Below are positions 1-7,614 of a stretch of DNA of 32,000 nucleotides, piece after piece. The notes beneath the pieces are model-generated. The model saw only the letters and a list, made by a program, of their open reading frames with translations, was not told the DNA's origin and did not search any database. Origin of the DNA: Zavarzinia marina (GTDB lineage: Bacteria; Pseudomonadota; Alphaproteobacteria; Zavarziniales; Zavarziniaceae); NCBI RefSeq assembly GCF_021568905.1, contig NZ_JAKGSB010000001.1:1091639-1123638 (forward strand). The letters are read 5' to 3'. The number at the start of each line of letters is the position of its first letter. The stretch's first letter is position 1. Both the position numbers and the translations under genes were made by a program.

Positions 1-468
1 CTGGTTGAGTTCGACCAGCCCCTGATTCGTGATCACGCCGACATAGGCCTGGACGACGGCGAACAGCACGCTCTGTTCCGTGGAGCGGAGCTGGGCGCGG
101 CCGGCCTGGATCTGATTGTCGGCGGCGCTGGTCTCGGCGATGGTGCGGCCGCCGCGATAGAGCGGCTGGGTGCCGCGGATGCCGACGGACCAGGGATTGA
201 GGTCCGAATCCACCTTGACGCCTGTGCCCGCGACCGTGTTTTCCTGCGACAGGTAACCGCCGCTGCCGCTGACCACCACGGTCGGGCGCCAGCCGGACAG
301 GGCCTTGGCGATCTCCTCGTCCGTGGCGCGCAGCGCGGCGCGCTGGGCCTCCAGGGTGGGGTTGCTGGCATAGGCCATCGCCAGGGCGTCGGAGAGGGAC
401 TCCGCAAGGGCGGGAGCGCCACCGCTCAACGCCATCAGAGCCACGAGGCTAACCAGTCGCTTTGCCAT
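1..468 (-). CDS. tolC: TolC-family outer membrane efflux protein. It is partial: the N-terminal 156 codons are in the window and the C-terminus lies off the window.
   Basis: I translated this by hand because it is open-ended and absent from the ORF track. The ATG is at 468-466. The product starts MAKRLVSLVALMALSGGAPALA (signal peptide), then ESLSDALAMAYASNPTLEAQRAALRATDEEIAKALSGWRPTV, which is typical of a TolC N-terminus. The frame stays open to position 1. Confidence 0.75.
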   Translation of the reverse strand, partial: MAKRLVSLVALMALSGGAPALAESLSDALAMAYASNPTLEAQRAALRATDEEIAKALSGWRPTVVVSGSGGYLSQENTVAGTGVKVDSDLNPWSVGIRGTQPLYRGGRTIAETSAADNQIQAGRAQLRSTEQSVLFAVVQAYVGVITNQGLVELNQ

Positions 469-586
469 ATCGATCGTCCTGCGAAAGCCGGCGGCCGGGA
501 ACGCGGCGCCGTTAACACCGTAAACTATAGGTCGCGCCCTGCCGTGGCAACACATGGGGGGTGGCGGCAGACCCGCGATAGGAGAA

Positions 587-606
587 TAGAATGAACGTTC
601 ATTCTA
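587..606. promoter_or_regulatory. Perfect 20-bp palindrome TAGAATGAAC|GTTCATTCTA, a candidate dimeric transcription-factor operator in the tolC upstream region.
   Basis: Read directly from the sequence. It is fully self-complementary and AT-rich against a GC-rich background. It lies about 120 nt upstream of the tolC ATG and 40 nt downstream of the rhodanese stop. No T-run follows on either strand, so it is not a classical terminator. Confidence 0.4.
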
Positions 607-645
607 GCCGAAGGTCAAGCCCTATCGCCTCCACCCGCCATGGGC

Positions 646-975
646 TCAATAGCGGGCCATTGTGGGTTCGACGACGGCCGCCCAGCGGTCGATGCCGCCG
701 GTCAGGTTGGAGCAGGACGTGACGCCCTGGCCGCGCAGCCAGAGCGTGGCGCGCAGGCTGCGCATGCCGTGATGACAGATGACGACGATGTTCTGACCCG
801 CTCCCGCCCGGGCGGGATCGAAATCGGCCGGCACGCGGCCGAGGGGTATGTTGACCGCCCCCTCGATGCGGCAGATCTCGAATTCCCAGGGCTCGCGCAC
901 GTCGAGCAGGAAGAGGTCGTCGCCGGCGGCGCGGCGCGCCGCCAGATCCTCGACCGACAGTTCGAGCTCGGCCAT
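646..975 (-). CDS. Single-domain rhodanese-like sulfurtransferase.
   Basis: 109 aa. The active-site loop CHHGMRS and the motifs LLDVREPWEF / NIP are typical of rhodanese domains. The start lies 5 nt after the pcm stop. Confidence 0.8.
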   Translation of the reverse strand: MAELELSVEDLAARRAAGDDLFLLDVREPWEFEICRIEGAVNIPLGRVPADFDPARAGAGQNIVVICHHGMRSLRATLWLRGQGVTSCSNLTGGIDRWAAVVEPTMARY

Positions 976-980
976 GGCGA

Positions 981-1634
981 TCAGAAGACGAAGGCCGGCG
1001 GGGTCTCGAAACCGGGCAGGATCGGGGTCGCGGCGTCGAACAGGGGCCGGTTGCCCACGGCGCCCGCCGACTTGGTATAGAGCATGGCGACACCCATCGG
1101 GCCCTTGCGCAGCACGGCGACCAGGCGCCCGCCCTCGGCCAATTGGCCGAAGAGATCGGCCGGCACCGCCGGGACCGAGGCTTCGATCAGGATGACGTCA
1201 TAGGGCGCGCCCGCCGCATGGCCCTTGGCCAGATCGCCGCCGATCACGGTGACGTTCTCGAGGCCGAGGCCGGCGATGGCGGCCTTGGCCTTGTCCGCCA
1301 GCTCCGCCTCGGGCTCGACGGCGGTGACGCTGGCCGCGAGATGGCCGAGCACGGCCGCCGTGTAACCGGTGCCGACACCGAGGTCGAGCACCCTGTCGCC
1401 CGGCTTGATCGCGCCTTCCTGGAGCATGCGGGCGAAGACGCGCGGCTCGATCAGATAGCGGCCGGCGCCCAGCGCCAGATCCTCGTCGACATAGGCGACC
1501 GGCTTCAGCGCGTCCGGCACGAAGATTTCGCGCGGCACGGCCATCAGGGCATCGTGGATCCTGACGTCGGTAACCTTGTTCGGCTTGATCTGGCTGTCCA
1601 GCATCAGGCGCCGGAGGGCGGCGAAATCGGCCAT
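981..1634 (-). CDS. pcm: Protein-L-isoaspartate O-methyltransferase.
   Basis: 217 aa. It carries the SAM motif VLDLGVGTGYTAAVL, the upstream PREIFVP element and the downstream DVILIE / GGRLV blocks that are characteristic of Pcm. Confidence 0.8.
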   Translation of the reverse strand: MADFAALRRLMLDSQIKPNKVTDVRIHDALMAVPREIFVPDALKPVAYVDEDLALGAGRYLIEPRVFARMLQEGAIKPGDRVLDLGVGTGYTAAVLGHLAASVTAVEPEAELADKAKAAIAGLGLENVTVIGGDLAKGHAAGAPYDVILIEASVPAVPADLFGQLAEGGRLVAVLRKGPMGVAMLYTKSAGAVGNRPLFDAATPILPGFETPPAFVF

Positions 1635-1738
1635 GTTCGTGATCCGCTTCTATGATGATGTCCGACTTATAAGGGCTCCCACCGGCCCTGACAACGACGG
1701 CCAGAGTGGAATTGCTGCATTGCCCGCGCCATGCTTTA

Positions 1739-1767
1739 TTGCGTTGCCCTGGGGGCTCTGCTATATC
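1739..1767 (+). promoter_or_regulatory. Candidate sigma-70 promoter for tRNA-Cys (TTGCGT-N17-TATATC).
   Basis: The hexamers were read from the sequence. The -10 ends 18 nt before the tRNA 5' end. Confidence 0.35.
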
Positions 1768-1784
1768 CGCCCCCTCTCGCGCGG

Positions 1785-1858
1785 GGCGACGTGGCGGAAT
1801 GGTTACGCAGCGGACTGCAAATCCGTGTATACCGGTTCGATTCCGGTCGTCGCCTCCA
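1785..1858 (+). tRNA. tRNA-Cys (anticodon GCA).
   Basis: The cloverleaf was folded by hand. The acceptor stem is GGCGACG/CGTCGCC, the anticodon stem is GCGGA/TCCGT with loop CTGCAAA, and the T arm is ACCGG-TTCGATT-CCGGT. The discriminator is T and CCA is encoded. Confidence 0.93.
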
Positions 1859-1909
1859 GCGAGCTTGGCCGAAAGCGGCGCAAGTTCGGCGCGACGGGAC
1901 ATAGGGTCT

Positions 1910-1937
1910 TTGCAGCGGAACGATTCGGCTGTATAAG
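1910..1937 (+). promoter_or_regulatory. Candidate sigma-70 promoter for tRNA-Asn (TTGCAG-N16-TATAAG).
   Basis: The hexamers were read from the inter-tRNA spacer. Two GC hairpins (CCCGCC..GGCGGG and GCCGGC-ttc-GCCGGC) follow before the tRNA. Confidence 0.3.
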
Positions 1938-1985
1938 GCCCGCCTCCGCTTCGGCGGGAACGGTTTTGCCGGCTTCGCCGGCTGT

Positions 1986-2060
1986 TCCCCGGTAGCTCAG
2001 CGGTAGAGCAACCGGCTGTTAACCGGTTGGTCGCTGGTTCGAATCCGGCCCGGGGAGCCA
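1986..2060 (+). tRNA. tRNA-Asn (anticodon GTT).
   Basis: The acceptor stem is TCCCCGG/CCGGGGA and the D arm is GCTC-AGCGGTA-GAGC. The anticodon stem is ACCGG/CCGGT with loop CTGTTAA, and the T arm is GCTGG-TTCGAAT-CCGGC. CCA is encoded. Confidence 0.93.
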
Positions 2061-2064
2061 TATT

Positions 2065-2105
2065 CGAGGGGTCGAAGCCATCGCTTCGGCCCCTCGCTTC
2101 GTTTC
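2065..2105 (+). terminator. Rho-independent terminator after tRNA-Asn.
   Basis: The stem CGAGGGGTCGAAGC / GCTTCGGCCCCTCG contains one G-U pair and has a 4-nt loop. It is followed by CTTCGTTTC. Confidence 0.6.
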
Positions 2106-2123
2106 AGGTCACTGAAATTCAGG

Positions 2124-2549
2124 TCACAGGAATACGGTGACGATCGACCAGATCGCGGCGACCAGCAGCGCGATCCAGGTCAGCAGGATGCCGTAGAGCC
2201 GGCCGGGCGAGCTTTCGGCCGTCATGTTCAGGCCGATGCCATGCGCCACCCGCCCGACGAAGAGTGCGGCGCCCAGCGCATGGATCAGCCAGGCCGGCTG
2301 GCCCGCGATCTCCAGCAGCGCGATCAGCATCAGGGTCAGCGGCACATATTCGACATTGTTGGCATGGGCGCGGATCGCCCGCTGCAGCGGGCTGTCGACC
2401 TCCGCCCCCGGCCCGAAGATCACATTCGCCTTCATGCGCTGAAGCCCGACCCGGAAGGCCAGCGCGAAAGTGACCAGGGCATTGAGCCCGGCATAGAGCA
2501 GCGTCCAATGCGGCGGATGTGCCAGAAGCTGCGTGACGGCGTCGTCCAT
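2124..2549 (-). CDS. MAPEG-family membrane protein (glutathione-transferase-like).
   Basis: 141 aa with four hydrophobic segments. The central RAHANNVEYVP motif is typical of bacterial MAPEG proteins. Confidence 0.65.
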   Translation of the reverse strand: MDDAVTQLLAHPPHWTLLYAGLNALVTFALAFRVGLQRMKANVIFGPGAEVDSPLQRAIRAHANNVEYVPLTLMLIALLEIAGQPAWLIHALGAALFVGRVAHGIGLNMTAESSPGRLYGILLTWIALLVAAIWSIVTVFL

Positions 2550-2659
2550 GTAAGGTTCCTCCCCTCGTTCGGCGCCAGTCTGCGGGGCGGGGCGGCACTG
2601 GCAAGGATTTTCGTCGGTCGCGCCATTTCGTCCGGCCCACCCTTTCGGCCAGGCACGAG

Positions 2660-2686
2660 GGATCCAACGCCGGCACCACGGCGTAT
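2660..2686 (+). promoter_or_regulatory. ECF sigma-E (RpoE/ChrR-type) promoter candidate: GGATCC-N16-CGTAT.
   Basis: Read directly from the sequence. The -10 ends 27 nt before the photolyase ATG. The architecture matches the site upstream of chrR at 10176-10202 (TGATCC-N16-CGTAT). It also agrees with my recollection of the Rhodobacter/Caulobacter sigma-E consensus, TGATCC...CGTA. Confidence 0.6.
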
Positions 2687-2713
2687 CAGACTCGACACTT
2701 CAGTGATGCCGAG

Positions 2714-4165
2714 ATGCCCAGAGCCGACACCACCGCCCCCGTCCTCGTCTGGTTCCGCCGCGACCTTCGCCTCGCGGACAACCCTGCCCTCGCCTATGCC
2801 GCCGGCACCGGCCGTCCCGTCGTGCCGCTCTTCATCCTCGACGAGGGTGACGAGACGCTCGGCGGGGCCGGGCGTTGGTGGCTGCACCAGAGTGTCGCGG
2901 CTTTGGCCCGGGAGCTGCGCGCATCCGGTCACACGCTCGTGCTGCGGCGGGGCGATGCCGCCCGCATGGTCGCGGAGGTGGCGCAGGAATGCGGTGCCGC
3001 CGAAGCGGTCTGGAACCGGCTCTATCACCCGGCGGCGATCGAACGCGACACCGGCATCAGGACGGCACTGACGGCAAGGGGCATCGCCGCCACCAGCTTC
3101 AACGCGGCCCTGCTGTTCGAGCCCTGGACGATCGCCAGCAAGGCGGGCACGCCGTTCCGCGTCTTCACGCCGTTCTGGCGCGCCTGCCGGGCGGCTCCGC
3201 CGCCGGACGTGCCCGGCCCGCCCCCCCGCGCCACGGCCTTTGCCGGCCGGATAGCCAGCGACGCCCTGGACGATTGGCATCTGCCGCCGCGCCGCCCGGA
3301 CTGGGCGGCGGGCTTCGTGCCCCATTGGACGCCCGGGGAGGCGGGCGCGGCGGATCGCCTGCGCCGCTTCATCGCCGATCATCTTTGCACCTATGCCCGC
3401 GACCGCGACCGGCCGGACCTGGCGGCGACGACGCGGCTCTCGCCCCATCTCGCCTTCGGGGAGATCGGGCCCCGCCAGGTCTGGCACGCCTTGCATCACG
3501 CCGTGGACCGCGAACCCGCATGTGCCGGCGGCGCCGAGCGCCTGCTGTCGGAACTGGGCTGGCGCGAATTCTCGTATCATCTGCTGTGCCATGCGCCCGA
3601 AATGGCGACCACCCCGCTCAGGTCTGAATTCACCGCCTTTCCGTGGCGCCGCGACGATGCGGCGCTGTCCGCCTGGCAGCGCGGCCTGACCGGCTATCCG
3701 ATCGTCGATGCCGGCATGCGCGAATTGTGGCGCACGGGCTGGATGCACAATCGGGTGCGCATGATCGCCGCCTCCTTCCTGGTGAAGGATCTGCTGCAGC
3801 CCTGGCAGGCGGGCGAAGCCTGGTTCCGCGACACGCTGCTCGATGCCGATCCCGCCAGCAATGCCGCGAGCTGGCAATGGGTCGCCGGCTGCGGCACCGA
3901 TGCCGCCCCCTTCTTCCGCGTCTTCAACCCCGTGCTCCAGGGCCGCAAGTTCGATCCCGCCGGCGACTATGTGCGCCGTTTCGTGCCGGAACTCGCCGCC
4001 CTGCCGGCCGAGGCCGTCCACGAACCATGGGCCCATGGATCCACCCTCGCCCGTGCCGGCATCGTGCTCGGCCGGGATTATCCTGCCCCCATCGTCGACC
4101 ACGGCTTCGCCCGGGCCCGCGCCCTCGAAGCCTTCGCCACCCTCAAGGAGAACGACGCCGCATGA
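2714..4165 (+). CDS. phr: Deoxyribodipyrimidine (CPD) photolyase.
   Basis: 483 aa. Diagnostic blocks are VWFRRDLRLADNPAL, TSRLSPHLAFGEI-type (TRLSPHLAFGEIGPRQV), TGYPIVDAGMRELWRTGWMHNRVRMIAASFLVKDL and WQWVAGCGTDAAPFFRVFNP. Confidence 0.93.
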   Translation: MPRADTTAPVLVWFRRDLRLADNPALAYAAGTGRPVVPLFILDEGDETLGGAGRWWLHQSVAALARELRASGHTLVLRRGDAARMVAEVAQECGAAEAVWNRLYHPAAIERDTGIRTALTARGIAATSFNAALLFEPWTIASKAGTPFRVFTPFWRACRAAPPPDVPGPPPRATAFAGRIASDALDDWHLPPRRPDWAAGFVPHWTPGEAGAADRLRRFIADHLCTYARDRDRPDLAATTRLSPHLAFGEIGPRQVWHALHHAVDREPACAGGAERLLSELGWREFSYHLLCHAPEMATTPLRSEFTAFPWRRDDAALSAWQRGLTGYPIVDAGMRELWRTGWMHNRVRMIAASFLVKDLLQPWQAGEAWFRDTLLDADPASNAASWQWVAGCGTDAAPFFRVFNPVLQGRKFDPAGDYVRRFVPELAALPAEAVHEPWAHGSTLARAGIVLGRDYPAPIVDHGFARARALEAFATLKENDAA

Positions 4166-5463
4166 TCACGGGCAGGAGAATCGCCGTCATCGGCACGGGC
4201 ATCAGCGGCCTGTCCGCCGCCTGGCTGCTGCGCGAACGCCACGACGTCACGGTCTACGAGAAAGAGGACCGCCTGGGCGGCCATGCCCATACGGTCGCGA
4301 TCGACTACGATGGCACGCCGATCGCGGTCGACACCGGCTTCATCGTCTACAACGAGGCGAACTACCCCAACCTGACCTGGCTGTTCCGCACCCTCGGCAT
4401 TGCGACGCAGGACAGCGACATGAGCTTCGCCGTCTCGGCGCGCGGCGGCAGCCTGGAATGGGCGGGCGACAATCTGCGCAGCCTCTTCGCCCAGAAGCGG
4501 AACCTGGCGCGGCCGCGCTTCATCGCCATGCTGCGCGACATCCTGCGTTTCAACGCGGACGCGCAGCGCGACCTGGCGGCGGGAAACCTCGCCGGTCTCA
4601 GCCTCGGGCGGTATATCGAGGCCGGGCGCTACGGCCCCGGCTTTCGCGAGGATTACCTGCTGCCCATGGGCGCCGCCATCTGGTCGACGCCGGCGGCCGA
4701 CATGCTGCAGTTCCCGGCGGAGAGTTTCCTGCGCTTCTTCGCCAATCACGCCCTGCTGCGCGGCTTCGAAGACCGCCGGCGATGGCGCACGGTCACGGGC
4801 GGCAGCATCCGCTATGTCGAGGCGATCGGCCGCGATCTCGGCGCACGCGTCCGCCTGTCCTGTCCGGCGGTGCGGATCGAGCGTGACCGCTTCGGCGTCA
4901 CCGTGATCGACGACAGGGGCGGCCGCGACCGCTTTGACGAGGTGGTCGTCGCCACCCACGCCGATCAGGCGCTGCGCCTCGTCGACGCCCCGTCGCCGAT
5001 GGAAGCCGCCCTGCTCGGCGCCTTTCGCTATTCGCGCAATAACGCCGTCCTGCATCGGGACCCCGGCCTGATGCCGCGCCGCCGCGCCGTCTGGTCGAGC
5101 TGGAACCATCTGACCGGCGCGGGGGACGCCGAAGGCGCCGTCAGCCTGACCTATTGGATGAACCGCCTGCAGGGCATCGATCCGGCAAAGCCCCTGTTCG
5201 TTTCGCTCAACCCGCCGGCGCATCTGGCGGAATCCGCGGTCTTCGCGCGCTTCGACTACGAACATCCGATGTTCGACGCCGGTGCCGTCGCCGCCCGTGC
5301 CCGCCTGCCCGAGATCCAGGGCCGGGAACGGCTGTGGTTCGCCGGCAGCTATTGCGGCGACGGCTTCCACGAGGACGGGCTCAACGCCGGCATCGCCGCC
5401 GCGGCCACCCTGGGTGCCCCGCCCCACTGGCTGGCGCCCGGCCTGAGGGCGGCGGCGGAATGA
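4162..5463 (+). CDS. FAD/NAD(P)-binding amine-oxidase-like oxidoreductase. It resembles the UfaD-type desaturase of cfa/DUF1365 clusters.
   Basis: The true start is the ATG in an ATGA overlap with the phr stop. The Rossmann motif RIAVIGTGISGLSAAWLL follows immediately. The track ORF 3643-5463 carries a spurious Arg/Pro-rich 5' extension that overlaps phr. Confidence 0.8.
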   Translation: MITGRRIAVIGTGISGLSAAWLLRERHDVTVYEKEDRLGGHAHTVAIDYDGTPIAVDTGFIVYNEANYPNLTWLFRTLGIATQDSDMSFAVSARGGSLEWAGDNLRSLFAQKRNLARPRFIAMLRDILRFNADAQRDLAAGNLAGLSLGRYIEAGRYGPGFREDYLLPMGAAIWSTPAADMLQFPAESFLRFFANHALLRGFEDRRRWRTVTGGSIRYVEAIGRDLGARVRLSCPAVRIERDRFGVTVIDDRGGRDRFDEVVVATHADQALRLVDAPSPMEAALLGAFRYSRNNAVLHRDPGLMPRRRAVWSSWNHLTGAGDAEGAVSLTYWMNRLQGIDPAKPLFVSLNPPAHLAESAVFARFDYEHPMFDAGAVAARARLPEIQGRERLWFAGSYCGDGFHEDGLNAGIAAAATLGAPPHWLAPGLRAAAE

Positions 5464-6248
5464 TCGACCGGGGCAACATCGCCATGGACGGCGCCGGCCT
5501 CTATCACGGTCGCGTGTTTCACGGCCGGTTCCGGCCGCGCCGCCACCATTTCCGCTATCGCGTGTTCTCCCTGCTGCTCGACATCGACCGGATCGGCGAG
5601 GTCGCGGCCCGAAGCCGGCTGTTCTCGTGGAACCGCTTCAATCTCCTGTCCTTTCACGACCGCGACCATGGACCGCGCGACGGCGGGCCGCTGCGCCCCT
5701 GGATCGAGAGCCTCCTGGCCGCGCACGGCATGGAACGGCTGGCGGGCGGACGCATCCGCCTGCTGTGTTTCCCGCGCCTCTGGGGTTTCGTGTTCAATCC
5801 GCTGTCGGTCTATTACGTCGAGGACGGCGAGGGCCGGATCGCCGCCGTGGTGCATGAGGTGAACAACACCTTCGGCGAAAGCCATTGCTATGTCCTGCCG
5901 GCCGTGCCCGACGCCGACGGCGCGATCGCGCAGGCGGCGGACAAGTGCTTCCACGTCTCCCCCTTCATCGCCATGGACGTGCGCTACCGCTTCCGCCTGT
6001 CGGCACCGGGCGCGCGCCTGCGTCTGGTGATCGATGAATTCGATGCCGAGGGCCGCCTGCTCACCGCCAGCCTGTCGGGCCGGCGCCGCCCCTTCACCGA
6101 CCGCCATCTTCTGGTGGCCGTCGCGGCCCATCCGCTCATGACCCTGAAGGTGGTCGCCGCCATCCATTGGCAGGCGCTGCGCCTCTGGTTCAAGGGCGTG
6201 GCCATTCATCCGAAACCCGCAAAGCCCCCCGCCGGAGCGCGCCCATGA
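5460..6248 (+). CDS. DUF1365-family protein (UfaO-like).
   Basis: It starts at an ATGA overlap with the upstream stop. The N-terminus, LYHGRVFHGRFRPRRHHFRYRVFSLLLDIDRI, is the typical DUF1365 signature. Confidence 0.8.
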   Translation: MIDRGNIAMDGAGLYHGRVFHGRFRPRRHHFRYRVFSLLLDIDRIGEVAARSRLFSWNRFNLLSFHDRDHGPRDGGPLRPWIESLLAAHGMERLAGGRIRLLCFPRLWGFVFNPLSVYYVEDGEGRIAAVVHEVNNTFGESHCYVLPAVPDADGAIAQAADKCFHVSPFIAMDVRYRFRLSAPGARLRLVIDEFDAEGRLLTASLSGRRRPFTDRHLLVAVAAHPLMTLKVVAAIHWQALRLWFKGVAIHPKPAKPPAGARP

Positions 6249-7513
6249 GCCTGACCACCACCACAGCCATCCGACACCCCGGCCTTTCCGCCTTCGCCGA
6301 CGGCGTGATCGAGCGCGAGGCGGCGCTGGCCCTGCCCGGCCTGTCGCGCTGGTTGCGGGTGCTGCTGCGCCTTGCCGGCCATATGGAGGAAGGCACGGTG
6401 CTGCTGGGCCTGCCGGCGGGGCCGACCGTGGTGCTGCGCGGGCGCCGGCCCGGCCCCGTCGCCGAAATCAGGCTGCACGATACGTCGGTTGCCCGGCGGG
6501 TCCTTCTGAAGGGCGGCCTCGGCTTCGCCGAATCCTATCTCGACGGGGCCTGGGACAGCCCGGACCTGGCCGCCCTGCTCGCGCTCGCCAATGTGAACGA
6601 GGCGCTGCTCGACCGGGTACTGGACGGCATGCCCTGGGCCCGGCTGCTGTCCCGCCTCGGCCATCTCGCACGGCGCAACAGCCGCGCCGGCAGCCGGCGC
6701 AACATCGCCTTTCACTACGATCTCGGCAACGACTTCTATCGGGCCTGGCTGGACGAGACCATGACCTATTCGGGCGCCGTCTTCCCCTCGGGCGTCGAGG
6801 ACCTCGCCATCGCCCAGACCATCAAATACGACCGCCTCGCCGCCAAGCTGGATCTACGCCCCGACGATCATCTGCTCGAGATCGGCTGCGGCTGGGGCGG
6901 GTTCGCGGAACGCGCGGCCAGCCATTGGGGGGCCAGGGTCACCGCCGTCACCATCTCGGCCGCGCAACATGACTACGCCCGCCGCCGCATCTTCGAAGCC
7001 GGCCTCGCGGAGCGGGTGGACATCCGCCTGCAGGACTATCGCGACGTCAGGGGCCAATTCGACAAGGTCGCCTCGATCGAGATGTTCGAGGCGGTGGGCG
7101 AAGCCTATTGGCCCCGGTTCTTCGAACGCCTGTCGGCGGCGATGAAGCCGGCGGCCACGGCGGCGCTGCAGGTGATCACCATCGACGAGCGCTATTTCCC
7201 GCGCTATCGCCGCAACGTCGACTTCATCCAGCACTATGTCTTTCCCGGCGGCATGCTGCCCTCGCCCGAGGCCTTCGCCCGCGCGGCGGCCGGTGCCGGC
7301 CTCGCCGTCACCGGGGAGAGCCGCCACGGCGCCGACTATGCCCGCACCCTGCGGCTCTGGCGCGAGCGCTTCCTCGGCACGTTCGAGGGTCTGCGCCCGC
7401 TCGGCTTCGACGACCGCTTCCGCCGGCTCTGGACCTATTATCTCGCCTATTGCGAGGCGGGGTTCCGCACCGCCTCGATCGACGTCGCGCAATTCGCCCT
7501 GCGCCGAACCTGA
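6245..7513 (+). CDS. Cyclopropane-fatty-acyl-phospholipid-synthase-like, SAM-dependent lipid methyltransferase.
   Basis: It starts at an ATGA overlap with the DUF1365 stop. It contains HYDLGNDFY, the SAM motif LLEIGCGWGGFA, SIEMFEAVG, and the C-terminal block WRLWRERF...YYLAYCEAGF, all typical of the CFA synthase family. Confidence 0.88.
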   Translation: MSLTTTTAIRHPGLSAFADGVIEREAALALPGLSRWLRVLLRLAGHMEEGTVLLGLPAGPTVVLRGRRPGPVAEIRLHDTSVARRVLLKGGLGFAESYLDGAWDSPDLAALLALANVNEALLDRVLDGMPWARLLSRLGHLARRNSRAGSRRNIAFHYDLGNDFYRAWLDETMTYSGAVFPSGVEDLAIAQTIKYDRLAAKLDLRPDDHLLEIGCGWGGFAERAASHWGARVTAVTISAAQHDYARRRIFEAGLAERVDIRLQDYRDVRGQFDKVASIEMFEAVGEAYWPRFFERLSAAMKPAATAALQVITIDERYFPRYRRNVDFIQHYVFPGGMLPSPEAFARAAAGAGLAVTGESRHGADYARTLRLWRERFLGTFEGLRPLGFDDRFRRLWTYYLAYCEAGFRTASIDVAQFALRRT

Positions 7514-7614
7514 GGAAAGGCCCGAAACCGGGCGGTGAATTCGCGCTAGGTTCACGGCCCCGCCAGCCCTATGGTATGGGCCCTTTCGAGTCCGGCACCG
7601 GGTGACGATCGAGC

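Noticed and set aside
1640-1666. A TGATCC hexamer just upstream of pcm, in the tRNA-Cys upstream region.
   Set aside because: There is no CGTA element 16-17 nt downstream (the sequence there is CCGAC). It is probably a chance -35-like hexamer.
1198-2061. ORFs of 287 aa (minus strand) and 139 aa / 76 aa (plus strand) spanning the tRNA-Cys/tRNA-Asn region.
   Set aside because: They run straight through two well-folded tRNA genes and the pcm coding region, so they are spurious.
2061-2713. tRNA-Asn as an integration site for a genomic island carrying the MAPEG gene and the sigma-E regulon genes.
   Set aside because: I saw no integrase, no transposase and no downstream direct repeat of the tRNA 3' end. 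The downstream genes have host-like GC and belong to a conserved regulon.
2432-4102. A 556-aa ORF antisense to the photolyase gene. Similar long alternative-frame or antisense ORFs occur elsewhere, for example 4078-5427, 14479-15903, 15976-17265, 22498-24051, 27771-29540, 27905-29797 and 29443-31140.
   Set aside because: Their translations are low-complexity and rich in Arg, Ala, Gly and Pro, with no recognisable motifs. Each lies entirely opposite or out of frame to a gene with strong family signatures. Long stop-free shadow frames of this kind are expected in high-GC DNA.
3643-4161. 5' extensions of track ORFs upstream of the starts I chose. Examples are 3643-4161, 5154-5459, 6167-6244, 18180-18917, 18944-18970, 22418-22741, 26562-26909 and 10513-10632.
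   Set aside because: The extensions overlap the preceding well-supported gene and are compositionally biased. The conserved N-terminal motifs (Rossmann fold, DUF1365 signature, PhnJ YNFAYLDE and others) begin right after internal ATGs, which mostly form ATGA stop/start overlaps.
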